A DNA stretch of 64,000 nt, from assembly GCA_000091205.1 (NCBI GenBank), contig AP006495.2. One strand, 5' to 3'. The DNA is from Cyanidioschyzon merolae (lineage: Eukaryota). Made by a program: the position numbers and the translations under genes. Shown here piece by piece: positions 55,200-64,000 of the stretch (position 1 is its first letter; each line of letters begins with the position of its first letter). The notes below the pieces were generated by a model. It did not search any database. It was not told the origin of the DNA and saw only the letters and a list, made by a program, of their open reading frames with translations.

Positions 55200-57086
55200 A
55201 TGAACGCTCACCACAATGACTGGACTCCCGATAAAGTATTGGATACAGTGAGGGAATATGTGGACGCTGGAGCACTGTCGGAGTGTGCGGCACTGGACTT
55301 GCTGGAGCGTTTGCCGTTACCGCTGCTGGGCTGGACACTGGAGGAGTACGCGGTGCGGGCGTCGCTCGAGGCTTCAGACAGCGACGCGGTACCATCCGAC
55401 AACATATTTGATTCCGTCCGGGTATTAACGAAAACAATGGAGAAACTGGTCAAGCTCTCTGCAACAAGTGCCCGAGTGCGTCACCTCGTACCTATAGAGC
55501 AGGTGCTCCAGCTCATCCAGCTCGGTCTGAGCAGCCGGTACCCGCTGGTACGCACAGCTGCGCTTCGTCTGCTTTGTCTCCTTCTTGAACGTAATGACTT
55601 GCCTGAAGCGTTTTGTCAGCAAGTTGCAGACACCATTATCGAACGTTTTGAAAGTACGAACGAGCTTCGTCCGGAGATAGAGGCCGCACAAGCGCCAGGT
55701 CCAGAAGTGAACGCTAGCAGCACAACTGCACAGCACGCCAGCGATATCCTGTCACTGGTGCTGCTGAGCTTCCGTGATGATCCATCCACCGAAGCTGCGG
55801 GACTTTGTGAAAAAATCCTGAAGAACCTGGTACAGCTGAAGCCGTTCCGCGGCGCAGTTGTGCTCTTCAGCGAAGCACGAGGCGCGCAAATCCTCGTACA
55901 GGAGATGCTCTCGGGTGCAGCGGGTGCGGTTGCGCATATCCGAGCCTTGAACTTGCTGCTTGAGATCTGCGACTACTCGTCTGTTGCAGAGATTGCCGCA
56001 CGTCGGCTGTTGCCAACCGTGCTTGTAGCCAAAATCGCAGCTCCTGTTCGTTTGGATGAGGACATGCTACTCCGCTTGAACTTGCTGGATGTGCTTGGGG
56101 CTTTTATGCAACGCAGTGCAATAGCAGCCGAGTTGCTCGACCAAATTTCGGTATTCGATGTGCTGCTACGCCAACACCTTGCCTATTTGTTGGCGCCAGA
56201 CGAGCCTGCCTCGAGCGACTTGGCGGAACGCTGGTTTATTTGGATGTGTGGGATTCTGAGGTTCGTGCGCACCAGTGCCGGGTCCAGCCGTTGCGCCTTC
56301 CACGCTTGGATGAACGCCAATCTCGTAGAGATTCTTGGGCGCTTTCTCTTGCTTCACGTGGTAGATGGCGAGACTGAGACAGCACACTGGTCCGTACAAC
56401 TTGATCAAGTTCGTCGGACGACATTGCTGGTGCATCTGATCTCCGCGGTTGGCGCTCTGGGGCTCTGTGAACGCGGCATGGACGTGCTGCTTGCGGACGT
56501 TGACACCTTGAAACTAACGCTTCGTTTCATTCAAACGGCGAGCGTGTGCGATATTCGAGTGGCCTCCTTGCGTGCTTTGAGTGTGTTCCTGGCAGGTCTC
56601 GACGAGCCGCTTTCATCAGCAGCCGTCTCAGGGTACGGAGCCGCCGAATCCGACCTCGAATTTCGGCAGCAAAGGGTGCTGCATCTGTTCACTGATGCGA
56701 TCAGGGATGCGGATCCCGTCAAGGCGTTCACGAATGCACTGCCCATTGTCCTGGACTGTGCACGGCATCCTTCGGAAGAAGAGCGGCTCGCTGCTGCGGC
56801 GGTATTCGCTGCGCTAGGTCTGTCGAGAATCGGAGTTGTCGCGTTGGCTAGTATGGCGGGCTTTGTGGAATGGCTCTGCGACCCGGCGGACGCTTCTCTC
56901 GAGGTCCTGGAAGCTAAGATGCGCGTTGCACGACGCCTAGTTGAGCTGCACGCCAGTGACGGAGAAGTCGCATTCGGTGCGCTGAAATGGTCGCGTATTG
57001 TCGCCGTGGTCTCGAATCGAAGCGATCCTCGAGCTGTGCGTCAGCAGCGCGTGCCTGCTGTCAACATTGCCACTCTGAATCGTTAG
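55200..57086 (+). CDS. Hypothetical ARM/HEAT-like helical repeat protein (628 aa)
   Basis: Uninterrupted ORF with host-like GC and Leu/Ala-rich helical repeats. No specific family recognised. Confidence 0.45.
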   Translation: MNAHHNDWTPDKVLDTVREYVDAGALSECAALDLLERLPLPLLGWTLEEYAVRASLEASDSDAVPSDNIFDSVRVLTKTMEKLVKLSATSARVRHLVPIEQVLQLIQLGLSSRYPLVRTAALRLLCLLLERNDLPEAFCQQVADTIIERFESTNELRPEIEAAQAPGPEVNASSTTAQHASDILSLVLLSFRDDPSTEAAGLCEKILKNLVQLKPFRGAVVLFSEARGAQILVQEMLSGAAGAVAHIRALNLLLEICDYSSVAEIAARRLLPTVLVAKIAAPVRLDEDMLLRLNLLDVLGAFMQRSAIAAELLDQISVFDVLLRQHLAYLLAPDEPASSDLAERWFIWMCGILRFVRTSAGSSRCAFHAWMNANLVEILGRFLLLHVVDGETETAHWSVQLDQVRRTTLLVHLISAVGALGLCERGMDVLLADVDTLKLTLRFIQTASVCDIRVASLRALSVFLAGLDEPLSSAAVSGYGAAESDLEFRQQRVLHLFTDAIRDADPVKAFTNALPIVLDCARHPSEEERLAAAAVFAALGLSRIGVVALASMAGFVEWLCDPADASLEVLEAKMRVARRLVELHASDGEVAFGALKWSRIVAVVSNRSDPRAVRQQRVPAVNIATLNR

Positions 57087-57670
57087 ACCAAGGGCAACAT
57101 CCGCGATCGACACAGCGCTCTGCAAGTTGAGCGCGACTCGTGTGCTTGCCAATGACCGGGCTTGGAGTCGCAGCGGAACCTGCTCCTCAGCTATCAGGTG
57201 CCGTGGACCTGGTCGGGATCGGTAGCATCTACACTCGTGCAGTCCAAGCGTCAGACAGCACCGTGCTGAAAACAAACGCCTACTTGGCGCGCTTGTACGA
57301 CAGGACGCTGTGCAGAAGCATGTTTGGTGTCGTTTTCGACGATCTGAGGATCGATGCAAGGTGCGTCTTCGAGGAAGGCATGCTCGGACGGCAAAACTTG
57401 GGTACCAAGGGCACTTCGATGCCTGTTCGCATCGATCGCTGGTATGCTGCGTATCTGGTAGAGGCGAATACCGTACATAGAGGTACGCGCTCGTGCGTCC
57501 GTTCACCGTCTCGATCCGCTGCTGGTACGCGGCTGCGTTAGAATTTCGAGTACCCGACGCTGTTACGACGTAGAGGCGCTTCTGTTGATAGTCTTTCAAC
57601 TCAATTTTGTTTCATCGCGGCTACGGTATATAGGAGGAGGACGAAATCACTAGGTAATGTTCTGTATAGA

Positions 57671-58165
57671 TTGTCGACGAATTGCATACGGCATATGTAT
57701 TCTTCACTGAACAATGCAATGATGATTGCATTGCTCCTCGATGTCAACCATACTGCTATACTCAGATGCTTGACGAGCACTGAAAGAAACAAGTATATGC
57801 GCTCCGGGCCGAAACCTGATATTCTCAAAGCCTGCTTGCAATCAGTGATAGAAAACGACCAGTTGATCAATTTAAGGGAAGCAAATGCGTCCATAGTAGC
57901 CACCACGGGCGTCTCTGTTTCTCAACAGCTTATTCGCGTGATCCTGAAAACACCGGGATCCAATCGCAATAAAGTGCTAGTTCATTCACGGCCAGCTTCC
58001 ACCGAAATCGCAGGCACGGTGTTCCTGGAACGTCGCGATCGGTATGAAGCACAGGAACATCAGTTTGTTTTCTCACTCGATGAGACTTGCTTCAAACGAG
58101 ACAATCGCAGTGCAGATGAATACTTGCTGAGCGGGAGCCCGTTGCACGTACGCTCGAAATCGTAG
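57671..58165 (+). pseudogene. Possible fragment of a Tc1/mariner-type (HTH plus DDE_3) transposase
   Basis: An HTH-like segment (REANASIVATTGVSVSQQLIRVILK) is followed by ...QEHQFVFSLDETCF, reminiscent of the Tc1/mariner W..V.FSDES.F block holding the first catalytic Asp. The region is AT-richer and directly adjoins Fanzor-like fragment E. Weak. Confidence 0.3.
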
Positions 58166-58544
58166 AGAACGTCGACATCATCATCTGTTCTAGCTGCGGT
58201 GGATTCATTTGGCTGCCTCAGTTCCGCTGAAGAGAACACTCATGCAGCAGCGCCCTCTTTTTGTCGAGTCATCGAAGACTTGTCCCAAACGTCTGGTGAA
58301 GTCCTTCTATTGGACATAGTGGTATTTAGCCATTCTGCTTCAGTTCGAGCATTTGCCAATTCTATCGACGGGTAGAGCTGGTTTCATTCCTTCTTCTCAC
58401 CTGTGTTTCATTCCCATAGAAGGAGAGTTTTGCGTCCTGAATCGTCACGACCGCTCCACCGGGCGAATAGATGAAGCGTTCAGCACATGGTGACCAACCG
58501 GGGCACATTTGGTCTTTATTCCGCATGTGCTGCTCGATGCGGGA

Positions 58545-59060
58545 AGGTCGTCATCTCAGGCTATAAACAAGTGCGTTCATTTTCGAAAAATCTAAGGGAC
58601 GAGCTGGAATATACACCCTAGGATGTTGAGTTGGAGCGAGGCCAGCGGAGCGTTTCGTCGACGGATCAGCACGAAGAGCTGACAGAGCACCCAATGGCAC
58701 AGCGTGCACGAGTTCGTGGTCTCCTATCATTGGTGAGATCAACCAGCGGCAACAAACGCATGGAGTCCATGAACCGAGACCTCAACGCTGGTATCAATAT
58801 CAGGAGATGCTTGTGCTGAATGCGAGGCACGCAGCGCTGCGGCAAGCTAACTTTGTTGGGCAGCCTCACAGCGTCGGAGTGTATATGGAGAAACTGAAAC
58901 CGATACCAGAACCCTGTAAGAAAAGGCTGAGAGACGTCTGCGGGTGGATATTCATTTACACGATATTGTGGCGAAACGGGTTTGCTGCACTGACGTAACG
59001 TTGTTCGCTTCGGCATTCGCGCTGTTATCTGCTCCCGAGCAAACCGCGAAAAGCAGGCAA
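58545..59060 (+). mobile_element. 5'-truncated TnpB/Fanzor-like fragment (copy E)
   Basis: ...VELERGQRSVSSTDQHEELTEHPMAQRARVRGLLSLVRSTSGNKRMESMNRDLNAGINIRRCLC* is followed by the conserved tail (LVLNARHAALRQANFVGQPHSVGVYMEKLKPIPEP). Confidence 0.6.
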
Positions 59061-59106
59061 AATCCCCTGGTTGCACGCCTGCAGCCAACTTAAGTGGTGA
59101 ACATAG

Positions 59107-59424
59107 ATGCCGAAGGCTGCTCTGGACAGACGGATAGTTCCAGAGCAGTTGTTAGCAACGCTGGCGCGCCAACAAGCCCGCGTTGAGGTCTGGTTATTCG
59201 AAAACACCAGGTACTCTCTGGAAGGCACCTTGCGCGGCTTCGACGAACACACCAATCTAGTTCTGGTCGACACCGTGGAGCAGTGGGGAAGTACTGCAAA
59301 GCATAAGCGGCGGACGGTTGCTCTAGGGACGATCCTCCTCAAAGGCGAAAACGTCGTCCTCGTTCGGTCGCTGGGGATGCCAACCCAGCGAAAAGAGGTC
59401 ACGCACAGCGCGACTCGGGAGTGA
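59107..59424 (+). CDS. Sm-like (LSm) protein
   Basis: Sm fold signature: VEVWLFENTRYSLEGTLRGFDEHTNLVLVDTVEQ...GTILLKGENVVLV. The specific LSm paralogue is not assigned. Confidence 0.65.
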   Translation: MPKAALDRRIVPEQLLATLARQQARVEVWLFENTRYSLEGTLRGFDEHTNLVLVDTVEQWGSTAKHKRRTVALGTILLKGENVVLVRSLGMPTQRKEVTHSATRE

Positions 59425-60148
59425 GGAGCCCCAAAGCTATGATCCTGGAAACTTTGCGTAAGTTTCCCGCAGACTAGGTTTGGGTGTACCGCGTGAGCCA
59501 GCGGATGGCGATAGAGAACAGCGCTGGTGCACGTTGCAGGACGCACCGGCAACTCGGCGTCTTAAACGAGAGTCGTCGCTACTAGGGAAGTGCCTAGTTC
59601 GTCTGCCTATCTCTGATGAGTTTTGCCTTTACATGCTCGTCGCACTGAACAGAGATATGAAAAATGATGATGCCCAGCTGGAGGTTTGGGCGCAGCACGA
59701 GCGAGCGGCTCCTTCCTCAGTTGAGGTTACTACCGGAAGTTCCCGCTACGGGAACAAAACACGATGCCGTGTGCGTTCTTGCGAATGGGTTGCTGGTATG
59801 AGACAGTCAAAGCATCTCGGTGGACGACGTGTACCAGCAATGCACCAGGCTACCAATCAAAATTGCCCATATGACAAATCCAAGATATGCACACGATTCG
59901 TCACCGATGACGAAGTTCTTTGCTCAGGATATGGAGGCTGCTCACAGGTGACTCGTCTATCTTCCAGACCGTTCTGCGCAGCCCAGACCCTCAATCAATC
60001 CAGATCGATCACGTTGCATTCTTTGTGCCGTTCGCGTTCAACACGCAACACTGCATTGTTTTCGATCCTCAATCGATCAAAATGGATAAAAAATTCCGTT
60101 CTTTGCGTTCTGCAGGTAATCAGTTCACCAGCGAATTCGGCAACTTTT

Positions 60149-61192
60149 CTACATCGAATCAATGCGCGCAGACGGACCCACCTGGTCCTTCATGATCCGA
60201 TACCATTGAACGATCTCCGGCACATTGGCCGCGAGCTCATGAAACGCTGTGAAACCCTCGATGCTGCGAAGGACGCCAAACATGGCCAGGTCTGCAGCAC
60301 ATGGTCGTGCACCTCCCAGAAAACGACGTTCTGGCCAACCGACAGCCTGGAGCCAGTCACGACATGCATCATAGAGTGCTTGGCGCTCATCGACGATATG
60401 ATACTTCTTCTTGAGGCGGCGACTCACAAAATACATGGCCGCAGCACCCACGTAGCGAATCGTGAAGCGCTGCCACGGCGAGAATTTCTCCTTTTCCGTG
60501 ATGTAGTCAAACGTTTCCAGCGCCTCATGACGGGTGCGGTATATATTTGGTGGTAAGGTGTGCACAAACCAGGAGTCGATCCAGTCGAACCATTGCGTGT
60601 TTAACGGACGGTCCGGGTCCGTGATGCGCGCCAGTGCTTTGATAATAGCAGCAGAGTCGTTGAGTTGTGTGCCATTCACCACCAGAATGGGTACTTTGCG
60701 ATAGGAGCTGAATTTTAGCTCCTTCTTGCCTACTGGATTCACCTCGACAACCTTGTACGGTATTCGCCAATAGTCCAGATAGGCCCGGAGTTTATTGCAG
60801 AATGGACATGTTTCATATTGGTAAAGCACGATGTCGGCCTTGCGCAGCTCTGCAAGCGAGTCAGGCAGTTGTTTCCACAGTATTGTTGCCGGTTCCGCTG
60901 CATCGCTCAAGGGTGCAACTTTTTCCGTAGCAGCCGTGAAGTTGTGTGTACTTTCTAGCGAGGTGGACGCCTCAGCGTAGCAGAGCCACGGTCGCCATTC
61001 CGGGCGTTGAACGCTCGCTAAGCTCGCCGCGATGACGGCTGCACACGTGCTCCATACCGTGACTGGCCTCCAGTGTGATCGACTTTCCGACCCAGAGAGG
61101 CGACCAGGAAAGGATCGCAGCCTCACGATCCCGAGCGCGTTGCGGCTCCCGTGCCGTATCGTTTGGCTCCAACGCTGCAACAATAGCCGCAT
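60149..61192 (-). CDS. Prostaglandin E synthase 2-like protein (glutaredoxin-like N-domain plus GST-C domain)
   Basis: IVLYQYETCPFCNKLRAYLDYWRIPYKVVEVNPVGKKELKFSSYRKVPILVV closely parallels human PTGES2 ([34 protein letters not shown]...KFSSYRKVPILV). Downstream matches include WLVH...NIYRT..EAL.FDYI and ...YMGAAAMY... Confidence 0.85.
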   Translation of the reverse strand: MRLLLQRWSQTIRHGSRNALGIVRLRSFPGRLSGSESRSHWRPVTVWSTCAAVIAASLASVQRPEWRPWLCYAEASTSLESTHNFTAATEKVAPLSDAAEPATILWKQLPDSLAELRKADIVLYQYETCPFCNKLRAYLDYWRIPYKVVEVNPVGKKELKFSSYRKVPILVVNGTQLNDSAAIIKALARITDPDRPLNTQWFDWIDSWFVHTLPPNIYRTRHEALETFDYITEKEKFSPWQRFTIRYVGAAAMYFVSRRLKKKYHIVDERQALYDACRDWLQAVGWPERRFLGGARPCAADLAMFGVLRSIEGFTAFHELAANVPEIVQWYRIMKDQVGPSARIDSM

Positions 61193-61615
61193 GCTGAGTT
61201 TACTCGTTGCAACAACACCAGTTCGGCGATAGAACGCTTGCCCAAAGCGTCGTTTTCAGCGAATCTTCTTTCGCTGCAACAGGCAGCAAATCCTGCTCCA
61301 AGCGAAAAAGCGCTTTCCTCCGCTTTTAAAGCAGCAGGCTGCGTGCAACTGTCGAACTAGAACCGTGCCGTTCAAGCTGTCGCTTGGAAACCTGTTTCGA
61401 TTCCCTACCGCAATCAGGTCTCTGCTATACCGAACAACATCCTGAAGCACTGTGTGAATAGCGCTCTCCTCCCAAAACGTTGTGATGATGCGGCGCGCCG
61501 GCGAAGGCTGCCACAATGCGGGCTCCACCCAGGGTCTTCTCACCGAGTAGCAGCAGTGTTCGGCTACGCGTTGTCTAGCACTGGTGGTGCTGTTGCGTTA
61601 AAACCAGGGTGACTC

Positions 61616-63073
61616 TTGGGCAGAGCAAAAAGCCTTCATCGCATAGAGATTACTTTTTACGCGTTCAGAGAGTCGCGTTCGTGTGCTTTCCCGCTAAGCA
61701 TGGCATCCATCACGACGGTGGCTGCTGCTGCTGTGGGCGCCGCACTGCCGTCGAACAACCACGAACAGGACGATGAGGATCGGGCGGTAACCATGTTCCG
61801 CATTAAAAAACTGCTCAAAGGCTTGGAGGCAGCACGTGGTAACGGCACGTCCATGATTTCGTTACTGATTCCACCGGGCGACCAAGTTGCAAAGGTTGGA
61901 AAACTTCTCGCAGACGAAGCGGGAACAGCCTCCAACATCAAGTCCCGTGTCAACCGACTTTCCGTGTTGTCTGCTATCACATCTACGCAACAGCGCCTTA
62001 AGCTCTACAACAAAGTTCCACCGAACGGTCTAGCAATCTACTGTGGGACTGTTCTAACGGACAAGGGCGAGAAACAAGTGACCATCGACTTCGAGCCACA
62101 CAAGCCGATCAACACGTCGTTGTATTATTGCGACTCGCGGTTCCACGTAGAACCACTGATGAATCTGCTTGAAGATGATGAAAAGTTCGGGTTCATCATT
62201 ATCGACGGGAATGGGGCGCTTTTCGCTGTACTTTCGGGGAACACGCGCGAGATTCTGCATCGTTTCACGGTCGATTTGCCGAAGAAGCATGGTCGAGGTG
62301 GTCAGTCCGCGCTCCGTTTTGCGCGTCTCCGCATGGAAAAACGGCATAACTATCTACGACGTGTTGGCGAAGATGCGGTGCGGCTCTTTATTCCCGATGG
62401 CGACAAAGTTAATGTGAGCGGCATCGTGCTGGCTGGTTCCGCGGACTTTAAGAATGAGCTCGCACGCAGCGACCTGTTCGACCCCCGTCTACAGGCCAAA
62501 GTGATCGCGGTCGTAGATATCAGCTATGGCGGTGAGGTTGGTCTCAATCAAGCGATTGAACTGGCTGCTGACAGTCTGTCAAACGTGAAATATGTACGTG
62601 AGAAGCGGCTTTTGAAGGAATTTTATGACCAGATCGCACTGGATACTGGAAAATATTGCTACGGGGTCGACGATACCATGAAGGCGCTGGAAATGGGCGC
62701 AGTGGAGAAATTAATTGTCTGGGAGAACCTCGAGTATGAGCGTGTTGTCTTGATGAACCCGCAGTCGGGCGAAGAGACTGTGCGGATCGTTCAGAAGGAG
62801 AAGCTGGATCAGTTGGCGAGTGATACGGCCAAGGACGGCGGACCAGACATGGAAATCAAAGAGTCAGAGTCCCTGGTGGACTGGCTCGCGCAAAACTACA
62901 AGCGATTTGGAGCACATCTGGACTTGGTGACAGATCGAACCGCAGAGGGCAGTCAGTTCGTGAAAGGTTTTGGTGGCATTGGAGGTATTCTGCGATACCA
63001 AATCGATATCGCATCACTAGACCAGGAAGAAGATGATGAATCTGATTTGGATGAAGATGACTGGGCGCTGTAA
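61616..63073 (+). CDS. eRF1: Eukaryotic peptide chain release factor subunit 1
   Basis: [15 protein letters not shown] (NIKS) and [22 protein letters not shown] (GGQ) are present. The match to human ETF1 runs along the whole length. The true start is probably an internal Met at about 61697 (MASITTV...). Confidence 0.95.
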   Translation: MGRAKSLHRIEITFYAFRESRSCAFPLSMASITTVAAAAVGAALPSNNHEQDDEDRAVTMFRIKKLLKGLEAARGNGTSMISLLIPPGDQVAKVGKLLADEAGTASNIKSRVNRLSVLSAITSTQQRLKLYNKVPPNGLAIYCGTVLTDKGEKQVTIDFEPHKPINTSLYYCDSRFHVEPLMNLLEDDEKFGFIIIDGNGALFAVLSGNTREILHRFTVDLPKKHGRGGQSALRFARLRMEKRHNYLRRVGEDAVRLFIPDGDKVNVSGIVLAGSADFKNELARSDLFDPRLQAKVIAVVDISYGGEVGLNQAIELAADSLSNVKYVREKRLLKEFYDQIALDTGKYCYGVDDTMKALEMGAVEKLIVWENLEYERVVLMNPQSGEETVRIVQKEKLDQLASDTAKDGGPDMEIKESESLVDWLAQNYKRFGAHLDLVTDRTAEGSQFVKGFGGIGGILRYQIDIASLDQEEDDESDLDEDDWAL

Positions 63074-64000
63074 CGAGTCCGATGGCGCAACGATGGCAGG
63101 TGGTGGAATGGTTGAGCGCGGGAGAGCCTTGCACAGCCTCTGAGGCACCGGGGCGAATACCGATCGCACCACCAGCTCTGTACGCACGGATGCGTGGTTG
63201 TGTCTATGCCAGCAGAATCCCGATACTTGAAGGAACGCAGACTGTGCGTGCCCTCTGGATGCGGCCTTGATAAACTGTCGCATGGTTTGGGAAAACGCAT
63301 CATAAACGCTGCGAGGAACACGCGCCTTTTGCATCCAGGGGTGAGCCGGTGTGCGCTGCAGTGCAGCACTCCAGCATTACTGGCATCAGAGACCCGGGTG
63401 CAGTGTGTACCCCGAGGCCTTGCCTCAGACGCAGGGACTTCTTTGTGCAATGCTACCGGGGCAAAACAATGCGCGAAGACACAGAATTGCACTGCGTTCT
63501 TTACGATGATACCAGATCCCTGAACCTAGCTGGCTCTATTGCCGCGGCAACGCACATACGTCAAATAATTACGCTTTTGAAATGATTGCCATCCGCGCTC
63601 TGTCGTGTCGCGGTTTTGGCAAAGGACTCCATCCGAAGGATGCTTTCGGATAGTGAAGTGCTCAGTGGCAATGTACGCTTCCCCATGAATTGTTGGTGGA
63701 TCTGCTTTTCAGCATAGGACACAGTGCGAGCATGCACCTACAGATGAGGTTCCTTCATCTAACTCCTCTAGTCGTGCATGCAGTCTTCAGCAATCGTTTT
63801 GATCGGATAAGGTTCTCCTTGCGGCTTCGATGCAGTGATGAATAGGTTCAGCGGTACCTGTATCGTGCACGGTGCCGAGTCAGTGCTTTTACGCTCGCGC
63901 TTCCCGGGGCTATCGTTCATCGTCAAGCTTGCGCGCGTACGAGCGTCTATGGCTATAGCTGCGTGCCCGTTTGCCATAGCGTTCCATGGTATGGCCGGAC

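Noticed and set aside
58200-58560. Second half of a mariner DDE domain on the minus strand (SPD string)
   Set aside because: Only a 3-residue coincidence was found, with no D..H or DE motif spacing.
59480-60556. 358-aa plus-strand ORF
   Set aside because: Its 3' half overlaps antisense the strongly supported PTGES2-like gene, and no motif was found. A shorter unrelated gene in 59480-60100 is not excluded.
1-64000. Kinetoplastid (Leishmania or Trypanosoma) origin suggested by GC-rich intronless genes and CAG tracts
   Set aside because: Gene orientation switches strand almost every gene, which is incompatible with long unidirectional polycistrons. Taxon left open.

Overview
The window looks like a eukaryotic nuclear segment that is GC-rich (roughly 55-60% by eye in genes) and apparently intron-free. 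Every recognisable protein is encoded as one uninterrupted ORF, and genes alternate strands. That argues against a prokaryote and against a kinetoplastid polycistron; a stramenopile- or oomycete-like protist is a guess only.

The housekeeping genes I can recognise are:
- ELP3 (radical-SAM plus GNAT)
- cytosolic asparaginyl-tRNA synthetase
- eRF1 with intact NIKS and GGQ motifs
- mitochondrial processing peptidase beta (M16)
- a MECR/Etr1-type enoyl reductase
- NUDT1/MTH1 Nudix hydrolase
- a PTGES2-like glutaredoxin-GST protein
- an LSm protein
- a DEK_C plus two-SWIB protein
- an Sgf11-type zinc-finger protein
- an NT-C2 coiled-coil protein
- a 1556-aa WD40 protein with polyQ tracts
- an ARM/HEAT-like protein
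- two bacterial-type enzymes: a gpt-like xanthine-guanine PRTase and a UvrD/PcrA-like helicase

The most interesting content is repetitive rather than single-copy. At least seven copies or remnants of TnpB/Fanzor-like elements (eukaryotic OMEGA-type RuvC nucleases) are present:
- One near-full-length but frameshifted copy at about 52.4-55.0 kb. It is AT-richer than the host, with an intact 459-aa N-terminal ORF that ends in a VVGADPG RuvC-I motif.
- Four 5'-truncated 3' fragments at about 10.4, 28.2-28.8, 41.2-41.9 and 58.5-59.1 kb. They end in a degenerate zinc finger and an NRDFN(A/P)AINI RuvC-III motif, followed by a conserved 3' tail.
- One degenerate N-terminal copy at about 30.0-31.2 kb with a VDPG motif.
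- One small remnant of a different family at about 50.4-50.6 kb with a canonical CxxC...NRDLNAAIDI motif.

Other notable repeats:
- a roughly 1.55-kb near-identical direct duplication (19.6-21.1 kb and 26.6-28.2 kb) that brackets the Sgf11-like and ELP3 genes; each copy carries a 25-bp minisatellite that differs by one unit between copies
- a 2 x 114-bp tandem repeat in front of the MPP-beta gene
- a 2-copy repeat with about 186-bp period and a (CT)n tract between the SWIB and gpt genes
- a 3 x 75-bp tandem repeat inside the Fanzor ORF
- CAG/CTG (polyQ) tracts and a C16 homopolymer

No rRNA and no convincing tRNA genes were found by eye.
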